A stretch of DNA of 64,000 nucleotides from Octopus sinensis (GCF_006345805.1 NC_043018.1:1550001-1614000), one strand, 5' to 3'. Shown: positions 12,762 to 26,627, numbered from the stretch's first letter. The notes: a model not told the origin generated them from the letters alone. Made by a program: numbers and translations.

Positions 12762-13054
12762 CTATAATATAATATTTTACTATAAAATTAGATTCAATCC
12801 TAAATCTGATTTTTCCCTGTAAGTTTGGATTTATTCCCTAATATTTTATTATATATATATAAACACATGTACGAATCTTTTTCCGGTAGTACTAATTGTA
12901 GCTCACGTGGTATAATAAATTTTGGAGGGAAATACGAATTCACTTGTCTATGTAAATGTGTATGTGCTGATTAGCTTTTATATGTTCCGGTGACGTTTTG
13001 TCGGAAATATAAGGGGTAAGTTTTCCTAGCATTTCTAGATTTATTTAGCGGAAT

Positions 13055-13113
13055 ATTATGTCGATGAAGGAAATGAATCTTATGATTCTAATCCAGAAAC
13101 GTACGTCCATAAT
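13055..13113 (+). ncRNA. Type I hammerhead-like motif with variant core
   Basis: ATTATG-TCGATGA-A-[GGA..GAATC TTAT GATTC..TCC]-A-GAAA-CGTACG-TC|CATAAT; 6-bp stem I; palindromic ACGTACGT stem III. Confidence 0.55.
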
Positions 13114-13509
13114 TAACCGAGGACTGTTTGATTTCATTATTTTTCTTCTTTTTTTTGCCACATGTGAGTTGCAAATATTGTTGTCTATGGAGACATATTT
13201 TTGTAGAAAAAGAAATAGTAGTCCTTTAGCTGCTATTTCTAAAATATTCGGTATGTGGTCATGCAAATTGTTGCAAAACCTTATTGTTATAATTATATAA
13301 GTTTTTACCGAATATGGTCCGTTTCCATACCGAAATACTACAAGATGAAATTTGTTGATTTTATTAAATTAATTACCTATCACCTTATATATATATATAT
13401 ATAATATGTAGACAGAGACATATATTTGGATAGACGGACAGACAGGTGTACAAACGAGCATAGGGACACGCCAGAGAAGGCTATTATTACTCCAATGAAA
13501 GAAAACGCA

Positions 13510-13514
13510 AAAGA

Positions 13515-13549
<35 letters not shown>

Positions 13550-13629
13550 TATTAATAATAATAATAATAATAGTAATAGTAATAGTAATAATAATAATAA
13601 TAATAAGAGTAATAATAATAGTAATAATG

Positions 13630-13708
<79 letters not shown>

Positions 13709-13745
13709 TGATGATGATGATAATAATGATGATAATAATAATAGC

Positions 13746-13813
<68 letters not shown>

Positions 13814-13840
13814 TAATAAAAATAATAATAATAATAATAA
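13510..13840. repeat. (AAT)n/(GAT)n microsatellite
   Basis: Directly visible trinucleotide tract. Confidence 0.97.
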
Positions 13841-14367
13841 AGCAATTCACTGAAACAGTGGCTAAAATGAAAATCATAAAATCAGTTTATACATGTAAAA
13901 AATCTTTTCGAAAGTCACAAAGACAACAGCAATCGCCTAGAATATGATAGATGGGTGTATTATTCACGTTTAAAAGATGGATATATTCACATTTAAAAGT
14001 GCATGCAATATAGCGGCTGCTTCTTCTAAGACTGAATTTATTAGCAATTACTGTATCACTGTATAAATATATGCATGTTTCAAATGAGTATTCAAACTGA
14101 ATTAAAACGTATTCATTATATAAATATGTCGATTCAGCGGCAAGAAGTTTGATGTTTGTAATTGGATAGGCATTATTTTGTTTCTTGCATTAAGAATAAT
14201 ACTTAATTCTTTCAGACTTGATTATGAATTCATATCTTAAGAAAAGAGAGTATTTGTATACGTCGCTTGTGTTGGAATGTACGTGTCTATGTACGTAATT
14301 ATCTCTCTCTATCTCTCACAATTTCTCTCTCTTTTTCTCTCTCACACACTCCTTTTCTCTATGTATG

Positions 14368-14416
<49 letters not shown>

Positions 14417-14522
14417 ATACACATATATATATTTATATGTGTATTTATAAATGTAAGCATTTATGTATGAATGTATTTGTATCTGTCTCTACATCTCTAT
14501 GTTTATATATGCATATATATAC

Positions 14523-14603
<81 letters not shown>

Positions 14604-16214
14604 CTGTCCATATATATATATATATGTGTGTGTATGTATATTGATACATATATATATATATATATATATATTTATACATATAGATATCCATATATATGTG
14701 CGTATATATACATGTATGCGCATATATACTTATGCATGTATGTAGGCATGTATTTACCCATGTATGTACGTATGTCTGTAACGGTGAATACATTTATAAA
14801 TTCGGTTGTGTACATACATGAATGTATAAAGACATTTGTATACAAGTGTATTCATGTGCTACTCTATTATTCTGTCTAACCCATTTCACTTGTAAAGCAA
14901 TTAGAAAAATTATGAGTCGGTTTTTACAAAACAGCTTGTTGTTGTCGTTATTATTGTTGTTGTTCATATATTACTGGTGTCATTATTGTTGTTGTTGTTG
15001 TTGTGGTTATTTTCTCCTTTTGAAACATGAGATTGAACAACATATTTTTCTCTCTCTCTGTTCAATGGTAATGATTGATTAAGAACTTTCATAAATATGT
15101 AAAATATTCGATTATATTTAAGTAAAACCACGCGTTCTATGAATATCAATGAATATACTAACTCTTTTACCAGAATCTTGTCATTGAGACAAAAACCATT
15201 ACTTACCATTTTCTCCTCTCTTTCTTCCTCTTCACATTCTCATACCGCAACTTAATACAAACTTCATTATAGAATTCCTAGTACTTATAACATATTTTTA
15301 TATTTATTCATCGATCCAGCGATGTCTTGATTATACTGCAAATCGGTATACTAGAAATAGCAGCAAAATCTCTCGGATGTTGAATCCTAGTTTGCTAATG
15401 GATAGAAGACTCGTTGTATTATGTAGTCCACGGTTTACTATGTCCGAAGTCAAAACACGATGCGCATGTGTCATAACAAAGCTTGCCGATGAACTAGAAA
15501 TATCCCCAAAATTTAATTCAAAGGACACCATACTTATGTATAAATGTATTGGCTCGTTGCGTAATATAGTCCTAGATGGACTATGCCTGGCATAATGCAT
15601 TGCATAACTAACCGTAACCCTAACCCTAAGTTAACTTTATCATAAAGCTGACTGACGAGTTATAAATAACACCGAAACATACCACAATCTACTTCCTTTT
15701 TTCTATAAAACAATAGATCCATCAGGTTATGTAGACCAAGATATACTGTGGCTGAAGCAAAACTTGCATCATGGATACAGTTAGGATAGATTTCATTACA
15801 AATATGCTTTGGTCAACGCCCAGGTAAATATTAACATCATCAATTGCAGATTTTAAAATTTGGTTGATTAGATTTAGTTTTCCTAAGTTTTCACATACCT
15901 TTCAATGTTTGTGTTATTTTTGGTGGATAGAGTTGCATGAAACTGATGTCTCTATGTGAAATTATATTTAATGCTACACACAGCAAGCGAGATCTTCGTT
16001 ACATCACATCCTATTGTGATATGAAAGGAGAGGACACAGTTTATAATGTAGTCCTCAAGGAGGAAAATCAACCAACTAAAGGAGAGCTGTGGTTAGACTG
16101 GTAGACCCAGAAAGGTTTCTGGAGCTAGAAATAAATAACCCCAATAATATTGACACAAATATATTAGGTATTAGTTTCCAATTTTGGCAAAAGACCAGCA
16201 ATTTCGTATGAGTG

Positions 16215-16430
16215 GATAGGTTGATTACATCGACTCCAGCACTGAAGTGATTGGCAGCGATGTCTGGGGACTGGTATATATCGATTACATTAACACCAGA
16301 ACTCAACTGAAACCTATTTTATCGACACCGAAAGGATAAAAGGCAAATTCGAATGCGGGGGAATTTGAACCCAGAAGTGAATGACGGACGTAATGCAGGC
16401 GCGTTAACGATTCTGCCATCTACTATATTA
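16215..16430 (-). mobile_element. SINE family B2, degraded
   Basis: GATTACATCGACTCCAG...TTTTATCGACACCGAAAGGATAAAAGGCAAA...ACGATTCTGCCA matches the family B core in reverse. Confidence 0.7.
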
Positions 16431-17199
16431 GATATTCAAAGGAAGATTAAAAGATTATCGGCAATGTTTCAGTTATATGTCACCAGCCAGGTCTAGCCCA
16501 ACAGGTTCATGTGATCAGAGACATTCTAACCATGACCATCTCAGCTTTCTATGATTACATTATCACTGTCATTTTATTCGTTCAAGACTAAGATAACAGC
16601 TGAACAAGATTTAACTTCTCGATGCTAAATTTGGAGCGATCACAGATCACAGATGCTTCCCCCTTGTGACTCTATCTGCGATAGATATTTTCTTCATAAC
16701 AATGTTATACTCAAGAAGACATATCTTGGAAAAACTAGAAATGTTTATTATATAAATCCTGGGTGCAGGTTCATTAAAATAGAAATTCAACGCCGGATCC
16801 CTATTGATATATTTTCTTAGTGGAAACATAATCAGAAATGAAACCTTATATTAATTTATAGGACGTGCAAGAACTCAGATTCTAATTACATTCTGAAATA
16901 TATAGTTTCCTATACTTGATGTCTTAGAGAAAGAATGAAAGAAAGGGATTTCTCTCTCTCTCTCACTCTCTCTCTCTGTATCTTACTCTCACTTTCTCTC
17001 TCTCCCACTCTCTATGTATGTATGTATGTATGTATGTATGTATGTATGTATGTATGTATGTATGTATCTACTACCTATGTATCTATCTGTCCATCTGTCT
17101 TAAACCTTCTTCGATAATTCTTCTCTATTTCTATTTCATGATGTTCTTTACATCTGTACGTTGTAGGCAGGTTTCCCGTGGTATATAGATTTCTAAATG

Positions 17200-17357
17200 A
17201 TAAATATAATAATAATAATAATGATAATAATATTAATAATAATAATAATAATAATATAATGGTAATAATAATATAACAATAATAATAATAATTAATAATA
17301 ATATAATAATAATAATATAATAATATTAATAATAATAATATAATAATAATAATAATA

Positions 17358-17393
<36 letters not shown>

Positions 17394-17424
17394 TAATACA
17401 ATAAATGGAATAAAAATAATAATA

Positions 17425-17460
<36 letters not shown>

Positions 17461-17465
17461 TAATA
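17200..17465. repeat. (AAT)n microsatellite
   Basis: Directly visible. Confidence 0.95.
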
Positions 17466-17529
17466 AAATGCCCTGATGCAACACCAGGCAGTGGCTCTCA
17501 TGGTTTCTGATCTTAACTGATTGGAAGTG
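17466..17529 (+). mobile_element. Family E terminal fragment abutting (AAT)n
   Basis: AAATGCCCTGATGCA...CTCTCATGGTTTCTGATCTTAACTGATTGGAAGTG matches the reverse complement of 34187-34250. Confidence 0.8.
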
Positions 17530-18380
17530 GTAATGGTGTTGGTGGTGGCTTCGGTGTTGGTGGTGGTAGTCGTGGTGGTGGTGGAGGTGGTGGTGGTGGT
17601 GGTGGTAGAGTTGGTGGTGGTGCTAGTGGTGCTGGTGATATTGGTGGTGATGTTGGTGGTGGTGCTGGTGGTGGTGTTGTTGTTGGTGGTGGTGGCTTTG
17701 ATGGTGGTGGTGGTGCTGGTGGTGATGTGTGGGTTGTGGGTGCTGGTGGTTGTGGTTTTAGATCTTGATATGCTTGTTGCAGTTGTTATTCTCCTTGCAT
17801 AAGATTTTTTTGTTCTTCGCGTTGCATTTGTTTTGGTGGTGATGATGATGATGGTAGTGGTGATGGCGAGTGAACTTGTCGTTTCTGAGTTTGAGTTTTA
17901 CGAGGTGTTTTGAGATTGTTGTTGATGTTACCGTAGAAGCAGCTGCTGTTTTTTTTGTATTAATTTGTTTTGTGTTTGCAGTTTAGCCACAACATTTAGT
18001 CCCTCCACTCTAGACATATAAACAAAAAAAATCCATTCTTGCAAACACCTACATGTGTTTACCCAGAAATAGAGATTCTTAAAATGTCCAATCTTCCTAC
18101 GTTATCGAACTAGAGATCTAAGGATTGCCTCGATGGCACATGCTCCATTTGTGGCCCTTCTAGTAAGTTATAAATTCCTAAACTCTCAGTTCATTTTGGG
18201 GCAAACACATATCTTAATATCGACACAGCAATGAGGCCGTGTCAACATTACTGCGAACAGAATATTCGAATGAGAGAATGAGAATCATAGAATCATAGAA
18301 TGAGGGAAAGTGTATGAAAGAATCGTTTAATTATTGCAAACATTTAGACACAACGTCATGGAATATTAAGACATTATCTT

Positions 18381-18708
18381 TTAAAAAGACTCCTCCGCCG
18401 TTACGACGACGAGTCCCAGCTGATACGATCAACGGAAGCTTGCTCGTGAAATTAACGTGCAATGGCGACATTCCACAGACACTGTGTTACCCTTAACGTA
18501 GTTCTCGGGATAATCGTGACACAGAGAGTGTGACAAGGCTGACCCTTTGAAATACAAGTACAACTCATTTTTTCCAGCTGAGTGGAAAAAAAACCTGAGC
18601 AACGTGAAATAAAGTGTCTTGCTCAAGGACACAACGCGTCGCCGGAATCGAACTCACAACCTTACGATCATGAGCCGAATGCCTAACCACTAAGCCACGC
18701 GCCCTCAC
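18381..18708 (-). mobile_element. tRNA-derived SINE with a different head but the family A type 1 tail
   Basis: Head GTGAGGGCGCGTGGCTTAGTGG...GAGTTCGATTCC, then GTGTCCTTGAGCAAGACAC; tail homologous to 7176-7370; 13-bp TSD AAGACATTATCTT at 18368-18380 and 18709-18721. Confidence 0.9.
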
Positions 18709-19669
18709 AAGACATTATCTTAGGATAGTAAAGACTCTCTTCTTTTTGTTGCTGTTCTTCTTGTTCTTGTACTTGTTCATGTTGTTATTGTTCTTGTGAC
18801 TGCTGTTTATAATGTTGTTGTTTGTGTTCTCCTTCTTGTGGTTGTTGTGATTGATTTTGTTGTTGACGAAAATCAATTTCTAAAATAAGAAACAAATATA
18901 TTTGTTTTGCTTATTCGAGGCATCAGACAAGAGTATTGTTGTGCAAGTCTCATTTATGTTTGTTAAATCAATATACAAACACACATTCACAAATACATAC
19001 AATCGCCCTAACATACTTATGTATTTGCACGCACAATCGCAAACGTATTTACACCGACAGGTATACATAATTTGTAACGTAATACAAGTGTTATATATAT
19101 ATATATATTAGGACTTGTATTTACGTTTACAATTATGTATACTTATCGGTGTATACAGTTTCATGTCCATACATATATATATTATATACATTATATTATA
19201 ATTAATATATTTATATATCTATATATATCTATATATATATTATTATATATATTTATTATATATATATACATATTATATATATATATATATCTATATAGAT
19301 ATATATATCTATTATATATATATATACATTTATATATATATTTGTATGTATGTATAATCAGCAGCAAATATTATAGATTGGATATTTATATAGATATTAA
19401 TATTGTTGTGTGAGTTTTAGCTCTAATTTGTAGCAGGTAGACATAAAAGTGCGTCGTTATCAATAATATATAATATAATTGATAGATAGATATATAGATA
19501 GATAGATAGATAGATAATAGATATATAGATAGATAGATTGATTGATAGATAGATAGATATATATATACATATACATATACGTAATACATATACAATACAT
19601 ATATATATACATATATCTATATATATAATATATATATATATTATATATATATACATATAATATATATAT

Positions 19670-19718
<49 letters not shown>

Positions 19719-20358
19719 ATGTATCTTTGTATGTATGCATGCATATATTGATGATGATAAGGAAAACGATAATTTTTCACATTCATAATTTCATTAAATG
19801 GTTATTTTCAGCATTCGTTTATTGACCTAAGCGCGTTTCAACTGCATCGACTGCACACTGTTTTAGATATGCACCCTAGTGAGATGGTCGTTGCAGTTTG
19901 CTGATTCCTTCAGCTTCATTTCCAAACGGCAGGAAACCAAAACTTCTATGAAACTACACCGACCAGGATAGCATATCAAGTTGCATATCCAATAACGTGC
20001 TGACGATGCAGTTACAATGCGCATAGGTCCAGAAAATGATGCTCTAAATATCTCTTTTATAAAAGTATGGATGTGAAAAAATCTCCTTTCTCCTTATCAT
20101 TATATTAAATATTCTATGGAAAATATGAAGTCCTGAATAAGGCACTCAGATTTACCAGGGTATAATAGATACCAGAGTCTAGCAACTTATTTAGTAACTC
20201 GGGCGTCACAAAAAGGCCTTCTTGGTAAGCCGGCATCTTAAACCGAACAAAGTGGAAAACGGTAACCGCCAGGATATCATATCCTATAAGCCCATTATAA
20301 ATGTCTTTCTCTCTCTCTTTCTCTCTCTGTGTATATATAAACATATAATATATATATA

Positions 20359-20407
<49 letters not shown>

Positions 20408-20753
20408 ATAATTATAATATATTATAAATATATATATATTATATATATATATATATGTATATATGTATATTTATATATATATATATAATATATATGTATA
20501 TATATATATATATGTATATATGTATATATATATATATATATATCTATATATATATATTATATATATATATATGTATGTATTCTTTTATCCATTTATTGCA
20601 GCAATCCAGGTTCGGTCATGCTGGAGCAACACCTGTATTTTGTAATTTTACACATCATACTTTTGGCTAATCTTTGCAGGTGCTGGGATCTCATATCTTA
20701 TCATTCTTGCATCTTACTTCGACCCTTGCTTGTTCTCCTATTTGGTATATATT

Positions 20754-20785
<32 letters not shown>

Positions 20786-20859
20786 ACACACACATGCATC
20801 GCAATCTAAACAACCTGACCTACGAAACCGTCACCCAGCAGAATGACATACTTATAAGC

Positions 20860-21085
20860 CGGTGAGGTTGAAGAGACGTTAGTGTGCTGGGCGAAATGTT
20901 TAGCGCCATTTCGTCTGCTGCTTCATTATGAATTCAAATTCCATCGAGGTCGAGTTTACCTTTCATTCTTTCCGGGTCGAGTAAATGAATACCAGTTATG
21001 CACTGGTATTCATGTCGATGCAACAAACTATCCTCCCCCACCCCCAAATTTTCAAGGCCATTGTGCCTAGAGTTAAAATAATTCT
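20860..21085 (+). mobile_element. SINE family B2, degraded
   Basis: GAATTCAAATTCCATCGAGGTCGAGTTTACCTTTCATTCTTTCCGGGTCGA core plus CCAAATTTTCAAGGCCATTGTGCCTAG tail. Confidence 0.75.
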
Positions 21086-21323
21086 TATTTATTTATAAAC
21101 CTTGTAATAAAAAAAGAATGGAATCTCCAGACTTCCAAACCAATTATTGAAAGACCAATGATGTACACACACAAACACAAACACGAAGTTCTTTTCTGGA
21201 TATAATACGCTTATGTGTTTTCTTATTCTAAATGTATGTCTCAAAAAAAATGTTTTAACTCCCCTAAAGAAAACATATATATATATATATATATGTGTGT
21301 GTATATGTGTGTGTGTGTTTATA

Positions 21324-21359
<36 letters not shown>

Positions 21360-21645
21360 TGTATGTATATATGTATGTATATATGTATGTATGTATGTAT
21401 GTATGCATGTATGTATGTGTATGTATGTATACCCACGTATATGCATATGTATGTGCGTGTATCGCAATATACGTTTCTTTAAAGGTAAAGACGTACATAG
21501 ACATATGCAAAAATATATTACAACATACACATAGATATATATGTGTATGTAGATGGCTGTGTCTCGAGAAAACACATACATACGCACGCACAGAGACCCA
21601 TACACACACTCGCACACATATACTCATACATTAATACATACATAC

Positions 21646-21681
<36 letters not shown>

Positions 21682-22665
21682 TAGATATAGAGAGAGAGAT
21701 AGAGAGATAGAATATATTTATATAGATATATATATATATATCCATATTTACGTATAGACTCCCACGCCCACCCGCACCACATATATATACACGTCTATCT
21801 GTATTTATACATATAATGAATAATAATTATTTTTAAATAACCAGAATTTGATAAAAGAGATATTTGATTACTTCTTGTTACAAAGTTTTTTTTTCTTTAG
21901 ATTTCCGCCATTTTGTCCTCTTTGTTTTATTTCTGTACTTTATCTTCCTTTTTGTTATTTCTGCGATTTTGTATTTCCTTTCTGTCTCATTTATTTTTCT
22001 TCTACATCTTTTTTTTTTATTTATCTACATCTATTTTTAGTGTCGTCTTTCTAAATTTGTGTCTGTGTGTATGTATGTATGTATGTATGTATGTGCATGT
22101 GTGTGTGTATGTACATGTGTGGTTTCTGCTTTTCCGTTAATGTTTCAATATATATTTACCTTTCATTTATTTACTTCAACTTCCTCGGATCTGGGTTCTT
22201 TTTTTTTCCCCTGTTTTTTGCGGCATTTCTTCCCGGTTTTCCATCCTTTCTATCAATTTATTTTCCTTCTTTCTCAATCCTTCCATCTCCATCAATTCTT
22301 ACATTCACTAATTCTTTCATTCCATCATAAGTTTTTTTCTTTTTATATTTATCACTTTTTTAAAAAATAATTTTATTTACCACACTTTCTTCCGATTTCA
22401 CACTTTTTCTTTAAATTTTCGTTCATTGTAAGCCTCGTTTTCGTTAAGTTTACATTCATATCACTCACATTTTCCTCCTATCGTTGTTTAGATTTTTCTT
22501 CCATTTTTCTTCCTATATATTCTCCAATTCATCTTTCTTTCCATTTCTTCTGTTCCTCATGCTGTTGCATCGCTCTTCATGACACATAAACTTTTTGCTA
22601 TTTATTTCAGTTTCTTTTTTTTCCTTCAGTCATTCCATGTTTTGTCTCTTTATTTACTTCACATA

Positions 22666-23066
22666 TCTATATATATAAAACTCTAGTCTTTATATATAAA
22701 AGTGAAGTTGTGTGTCTGTCTCCTACGATTTAGATTCCTAACTACTCCCACATTTTGCGGTGCAGTTTAACCAAAACCTGGTATCTTATAGTCGTGATTC
22801 ATATCAAGCCCTTCTGGGTATTAGCGCGCGTCTACGATGAGACTACGATTTTAAACATAATTTACCATCATTTTTTTGCATTTTAATGCATTTTTTCGCT
22901 ATTATATAAGGGAAGTAACTACGATGAGTCAACGATCTAAAAAAAAATTTACCATCATTTTTTTCCATTTTTAATGCATTTTTTTCTATTTTTTGGCTAT
23001 AACTCTAAAAATGCTTATATAGTTATTTCCCTTACAAACCCGAGCAACGCCGGGCGATACTGCTAG
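22666..23066 (+). mobile_element. Non-autonomous Helitron-like element
   Basis: Inserted A|T; 5' TCTATATATATAAAA; 3' hairpin CCCG-AGCAACGC-CGGG (23039-23054) then CTAG (23063-23066). Confidence 0.8.
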
Positions 23067-23075
23067 TAATTTATA

Positions 23076-23310
23076 AACGTGATGTGATCAATAAGTATCC
23101 GAATTGTTGCCAAAGTATCGAAGCTAAAGCAACAACGTTTTAACGTTTTAGCTCACCTCCACACTTTACAGCAGTGCTTGGAAGGAAAGTGTGTAGCGTG
23201 TGATCAACGCATTGACGATGACAGAGAAAGATGAGCAGAGAATCTGCATCAAATTTTGCCAAAGGCTTCGTGATAGCTGCTCAAAGGCCTACGCAAAAAT
23301 TTTCAAAATG
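23076..23310 (+). pseudogene. Mariner 5' end with transposase N-terminus
   Basis: MTEKDEQRICIKFCQRL...AYAKI matches the mariner N-terminal EQRxxIKFC pattern; truncated after about 40 codons. Confidence 0.65.
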
Positions 23311-23708
23311 TTTTCATTGTTGTCGACACACTCAAGGAGATCTTGTGCAACTGAAAACTATTTTTTTTTACTGTTGGTCAGACTTCTCAATAGCCATTGC
23401 AGACTTCTCAACAGGCCCTTTCATCCTCAAGACGGACAAAAACCTTTTCACTCTCCATGACGATAGGCGATAGCTTGACAAACCGAAAACGTACACTGCT
23501 GTCACTAACACTGTAAAACTCTCAGTAATGTGACAAGGTCGTAAGTGAACACAACTCAAAATTGAAGAATTACACTATGCTGCTCAGCCAGCTGCTGCAA
23601 CATAGACCAATCATGTCTTGTCACGTTTGTATGTAGTCAGCCAACAGCTTACCTGACGGAGTCTTCGAGACACGTCCACACCATTCAACGTATGAATATT
23701 GTTAGCGG

Positions 23709-24096
23709 GTGGAGGCGCAATGGCCAGTGGTTAGGGCAGCGAACTCGCGGTCATAGGATCGCGGTTTCGATTCCCAGACCGGGCGTTGTGAGTGTTTATT
23801 GAGCGAAAACACCTAAAAGTTCCACGAATCTCCGGCAAGTGATGGTGGTGATCCCTGCTGTACTCTTTCACCACAACTCTCTCTCACTCTTACTTCCTGT
23901 TTCTGTTGTACCTGTATTTCAAAGGGCCGGCCTTGTCACTCTCTGTGTCACGCTGAATGTCCCCGAGAACTACGTTAAGGGTACACGTGTGTGTGGAGTG
24001 CTCAGCCACTTACACGTTAATTTCACGAGCAGGCTGTTCTGTTGGTTCGGATCAACCGGAACCCTCGTCGTCGTAACCGACGGAGTGCTTCCAGCA
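23709..24096 (+). mobile_element. SINE family A, tail type 1
   Basis: Full length; 11-bp TSD ATTGTTAGCGG at 23698-23708 and 24097-24107. Confidence 0.93.
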
Positions 24097-25011
24097 ATTG
24101 TTAGCGGACTTAATGTTAACGGAACTAAAATTAGCGCAATTTAATTGGTCCGCTAACGGTTTCCAAAGTTAGCGAAAACTCTACACCACTAAACAAAACG
24201 TTAAATTCGCTAATTAGCCGAAGCGTGCAAACCACCGCATCTATACATATGCAACCATACATGTATTTATTTATATGTGTATAAAATATGTATTAACCAC
24301 ATTGTTAACCATTAACCCTTGAAATTCATTTCCTACTATCACTATTCTCCATCTGAATACCTCCCCAATTGCCCTCTCTAATACACTTATTTTGTTTTAG
24401 TTTACCAAGAAAAGTATGTATATTCATCGTTTCGACTTTGTTGATTTCCTCAAGATACTTCCAAGTTCCAGTAAATAGGGTCACATAAAGACACATAAAT
24501 ACATGCATATATATACACATGCATACATACATGCATAGAAAATGCCTGCAGGCATACATACATAAATACACACATATATACGTACATACGCAATTACATC
24601 CACATGTGTGTCCTTGTGGGAGAGAGAGGATGGGAAAGAAAGAAAGAAATATAGAAAGGAAAAGAAAGAAGGGAAGAGAGAGTGAGAGAGAGTGAATGCA
24701 TGTTTGGAAAAATATTGAGAGCGAAATATCAGTTAATGAGCGACAAAAGAAGAGTTACGTATTCTCCATCATTACCTTACACCTGTTTCACGTGTGCGAA
24801 GAAGATTAATCGGAGTTGAGCGCTTCTGCAGCAACCTATAGCTTCCCCGAATCACTGAATCCTGACAATAGACGCTTCATACTTGTAGTGATATATTGCA
24901 AAAGCTTATATATATATTCAGTTCTAGCAATTGTTTATTACTATCTCTAGGTCTCTACGAAATCATGAATTATATATATATATATATTATATATATATAT
25001 ATATATATAAT

Positions 25012-25216
25012 TGTGACCTCGTCTGTATCACTAGCGATTTTTCCCCTGTCTTCCCTTCTCGGGATCTTTCCTTCTCCTATGTTTCCAACGAAGATCTCCG
25101 CTCGAAACGTCAGACCATCCTTCTTCCCTTCATTCCTGAGCGTCCAATAATACTTTATTTGTTCCACGTCCTTCCGTTGTTGTTCTTTTGTTTTTGTTTT
25201 CTTGTTTGGATTAACT
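25012..25216 (+). mobile_element. Family F element (about 205 bp) in (TA)n with decayed hammerhead-like motif
   Basis: Same ends (TGTGACC...GGATTAACT) as 61552-61755; GTTT-CCAACGA-A-GATCTCCGCTC-GAAACGTC-AGAC at 25081-25115. Confidence 0.7.
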
Positions 25217-25777
25217 TTATATATATGTTGTGTGTGTGTGTGTGTGTATGTGTGTGTGTGTGTGTGGATGTGATTGTATGTGAGTGTGTGTGTATATGTC
25301 AGCATGTGTGTGTAAGCGTGCCTGTGTGTATGTGTGTTTGTGTACCTATGTTTTTATGTCCTGGGGGTGAGTAAGAGAGGACGTTTATGCGTATGTATGT
25401 ATGTATCAATTGTAGAGCTCGTCGTGTTTATATATACTCATTCTGCATTCTATTCCATATATATTTCCCTCTATTGTAACATTTTCTTCTTCCTTCTTTC
25501 ATTCTTTCCCCCTTCCTTCATTTCACCCTTTTTTCCTTCCTTTATGTCTTCCATAACTACCATTAATTTTCCATCTCCTCTTTGTGTTTTCCTTCTGTTT
25601 TTTTTTTGGGGGGGGGGTTCCTTTAATATACATATACATTCTATTTCCGTCTATATACACCCTTCTATTTTTTCCTTCTTTAATTCATTTATTTGCTCAA
25701 CCCATCCTCCCCATATTCACCCTCCCTTCTTCTCTTTCTCACTCACCCTGACTCCACCTCTCTCTCACACACACACA

Positions 25778-25811
<34 letters not shown>

Positions 25812-26229
25812 TTCTCTCTTTCTCTTATTCTCTATCTCTTTGTGTCTCCTTCACTTTCCGATCATTCCCTAGGTGTACTAAATATTGATTTGACATACTT
25901 TTCCCTTCTATATCCCTATTTGGAAATCTATAACAAAAACTGCAACAACCACGGCAACAGCAATATTAAGGACAACAAAAGCAATCACAAAAACAACAGC
26001 AGTAAATTATCAGTAATAACAACAACGACAATTCCGACCAGTCCTACGGAAAACATGAATAATATGTTCTGTATTATAAGCTTTGTACTTTCCATTTATT
26101 ATATGGAATAAAAAATAACGACTACATACATGCATCCGTACGTACGTACCTACAAACATACATACATACATGCACACATACATGCACACATACATGCATA
26201 TATATATTTATATACATACATATATGTAT

Positions 26230-26627
26230 GGAGTGTCTGTGTGGTAAGTAGCTTGTTTACCAATAACATGGTTCCGAGTTCAGTCCCACTCCGTGGCACC
26301 TTGGGCAAGTGTCTTCTACTATAGCCTCGGGCCGACCAGAGCCTTGTGAGTGGATTTGGTAGACGGAAACTGAAAGAAGCCCGTCGTATATATCTATATA
26401 TATATATGCGTGTGTGTGTGTTTGTGTGTCTGTCTTGGTCCCCTAGCATTGCTTGACAACCGATGCTGGTGTGTTTATGTCCCCGTCACTTAGCGGTTCG
26501 GCAAAAGAGACCGATAGAATAAGTACTGGGCCTACAAAAGAATAAGTCGAGTTGCTCGATTAAAGGCGGTGCTCCAACATGGCCGCAGTCAAATGACTGA
26601 AACAAGTAAAAGAGAGTAAAAAGAGTA
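26230..26627 (+). mobile_element. tRNA-derived SINE family C
   Basis: GGAGT(G)GCTGTGTGGTAAG head, GTTCAGTCCC B-box, internal (TA)n(TG)n, TGACTGAAACAAGTAAAAGAG tail. Confidence 0.9.

Noticed and set aside
12867-13348. Apparent phase-compatible four-exon mini-gene (MYESFSG.../EYYVDEGNES.../KRNSSPLAAISKIF/VFTEYGPFPYRNTTR*)
   Set aside because: The third exon recurs as a dispersed repeat at 9255-9360, the second coincides with the hammerhead fold, and one intron would be only 51 nt.
15615-15629. Interstitial telomeric repeat (TAACCC)2TAA
   Set aside because: Only 2.5 units; expected by chance or within small elements.
15651-15678. CTGACGA...GAAAC hammerhead candidate
   Set aside because: Stem II does not close next to GAAA, and there is no stem I or NUH site.
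15300-16070. Unique-looking segment (also 45330-45830 and 61810-62090), possibly TE-derived
   Set aside because: No motif recognisable with confidence in any frame; left unclassified pending BLASTx.
17466-17500. Ribozyme at the family E terminus (CCCTGATGCA)
   Set aside because: The core is CTGATGC rather than CTGANGA, with no downstream GAAA and stems; no HDV-like pseudoknot evident by eye.
17530-17770. Glycine-rich reading frame
   Set aside because: Decayed (GGT)n microsatellite; no start or splice context.
19822-19918. Minus-strand CTGAAGGA...AACTGCA/TGCAGTT-GAAACGCG motif
   Set aside because: A 7-nt insertion before stem II, no valid NUH triplet, and the CTGA lies in its own hairpin; too degenerate.
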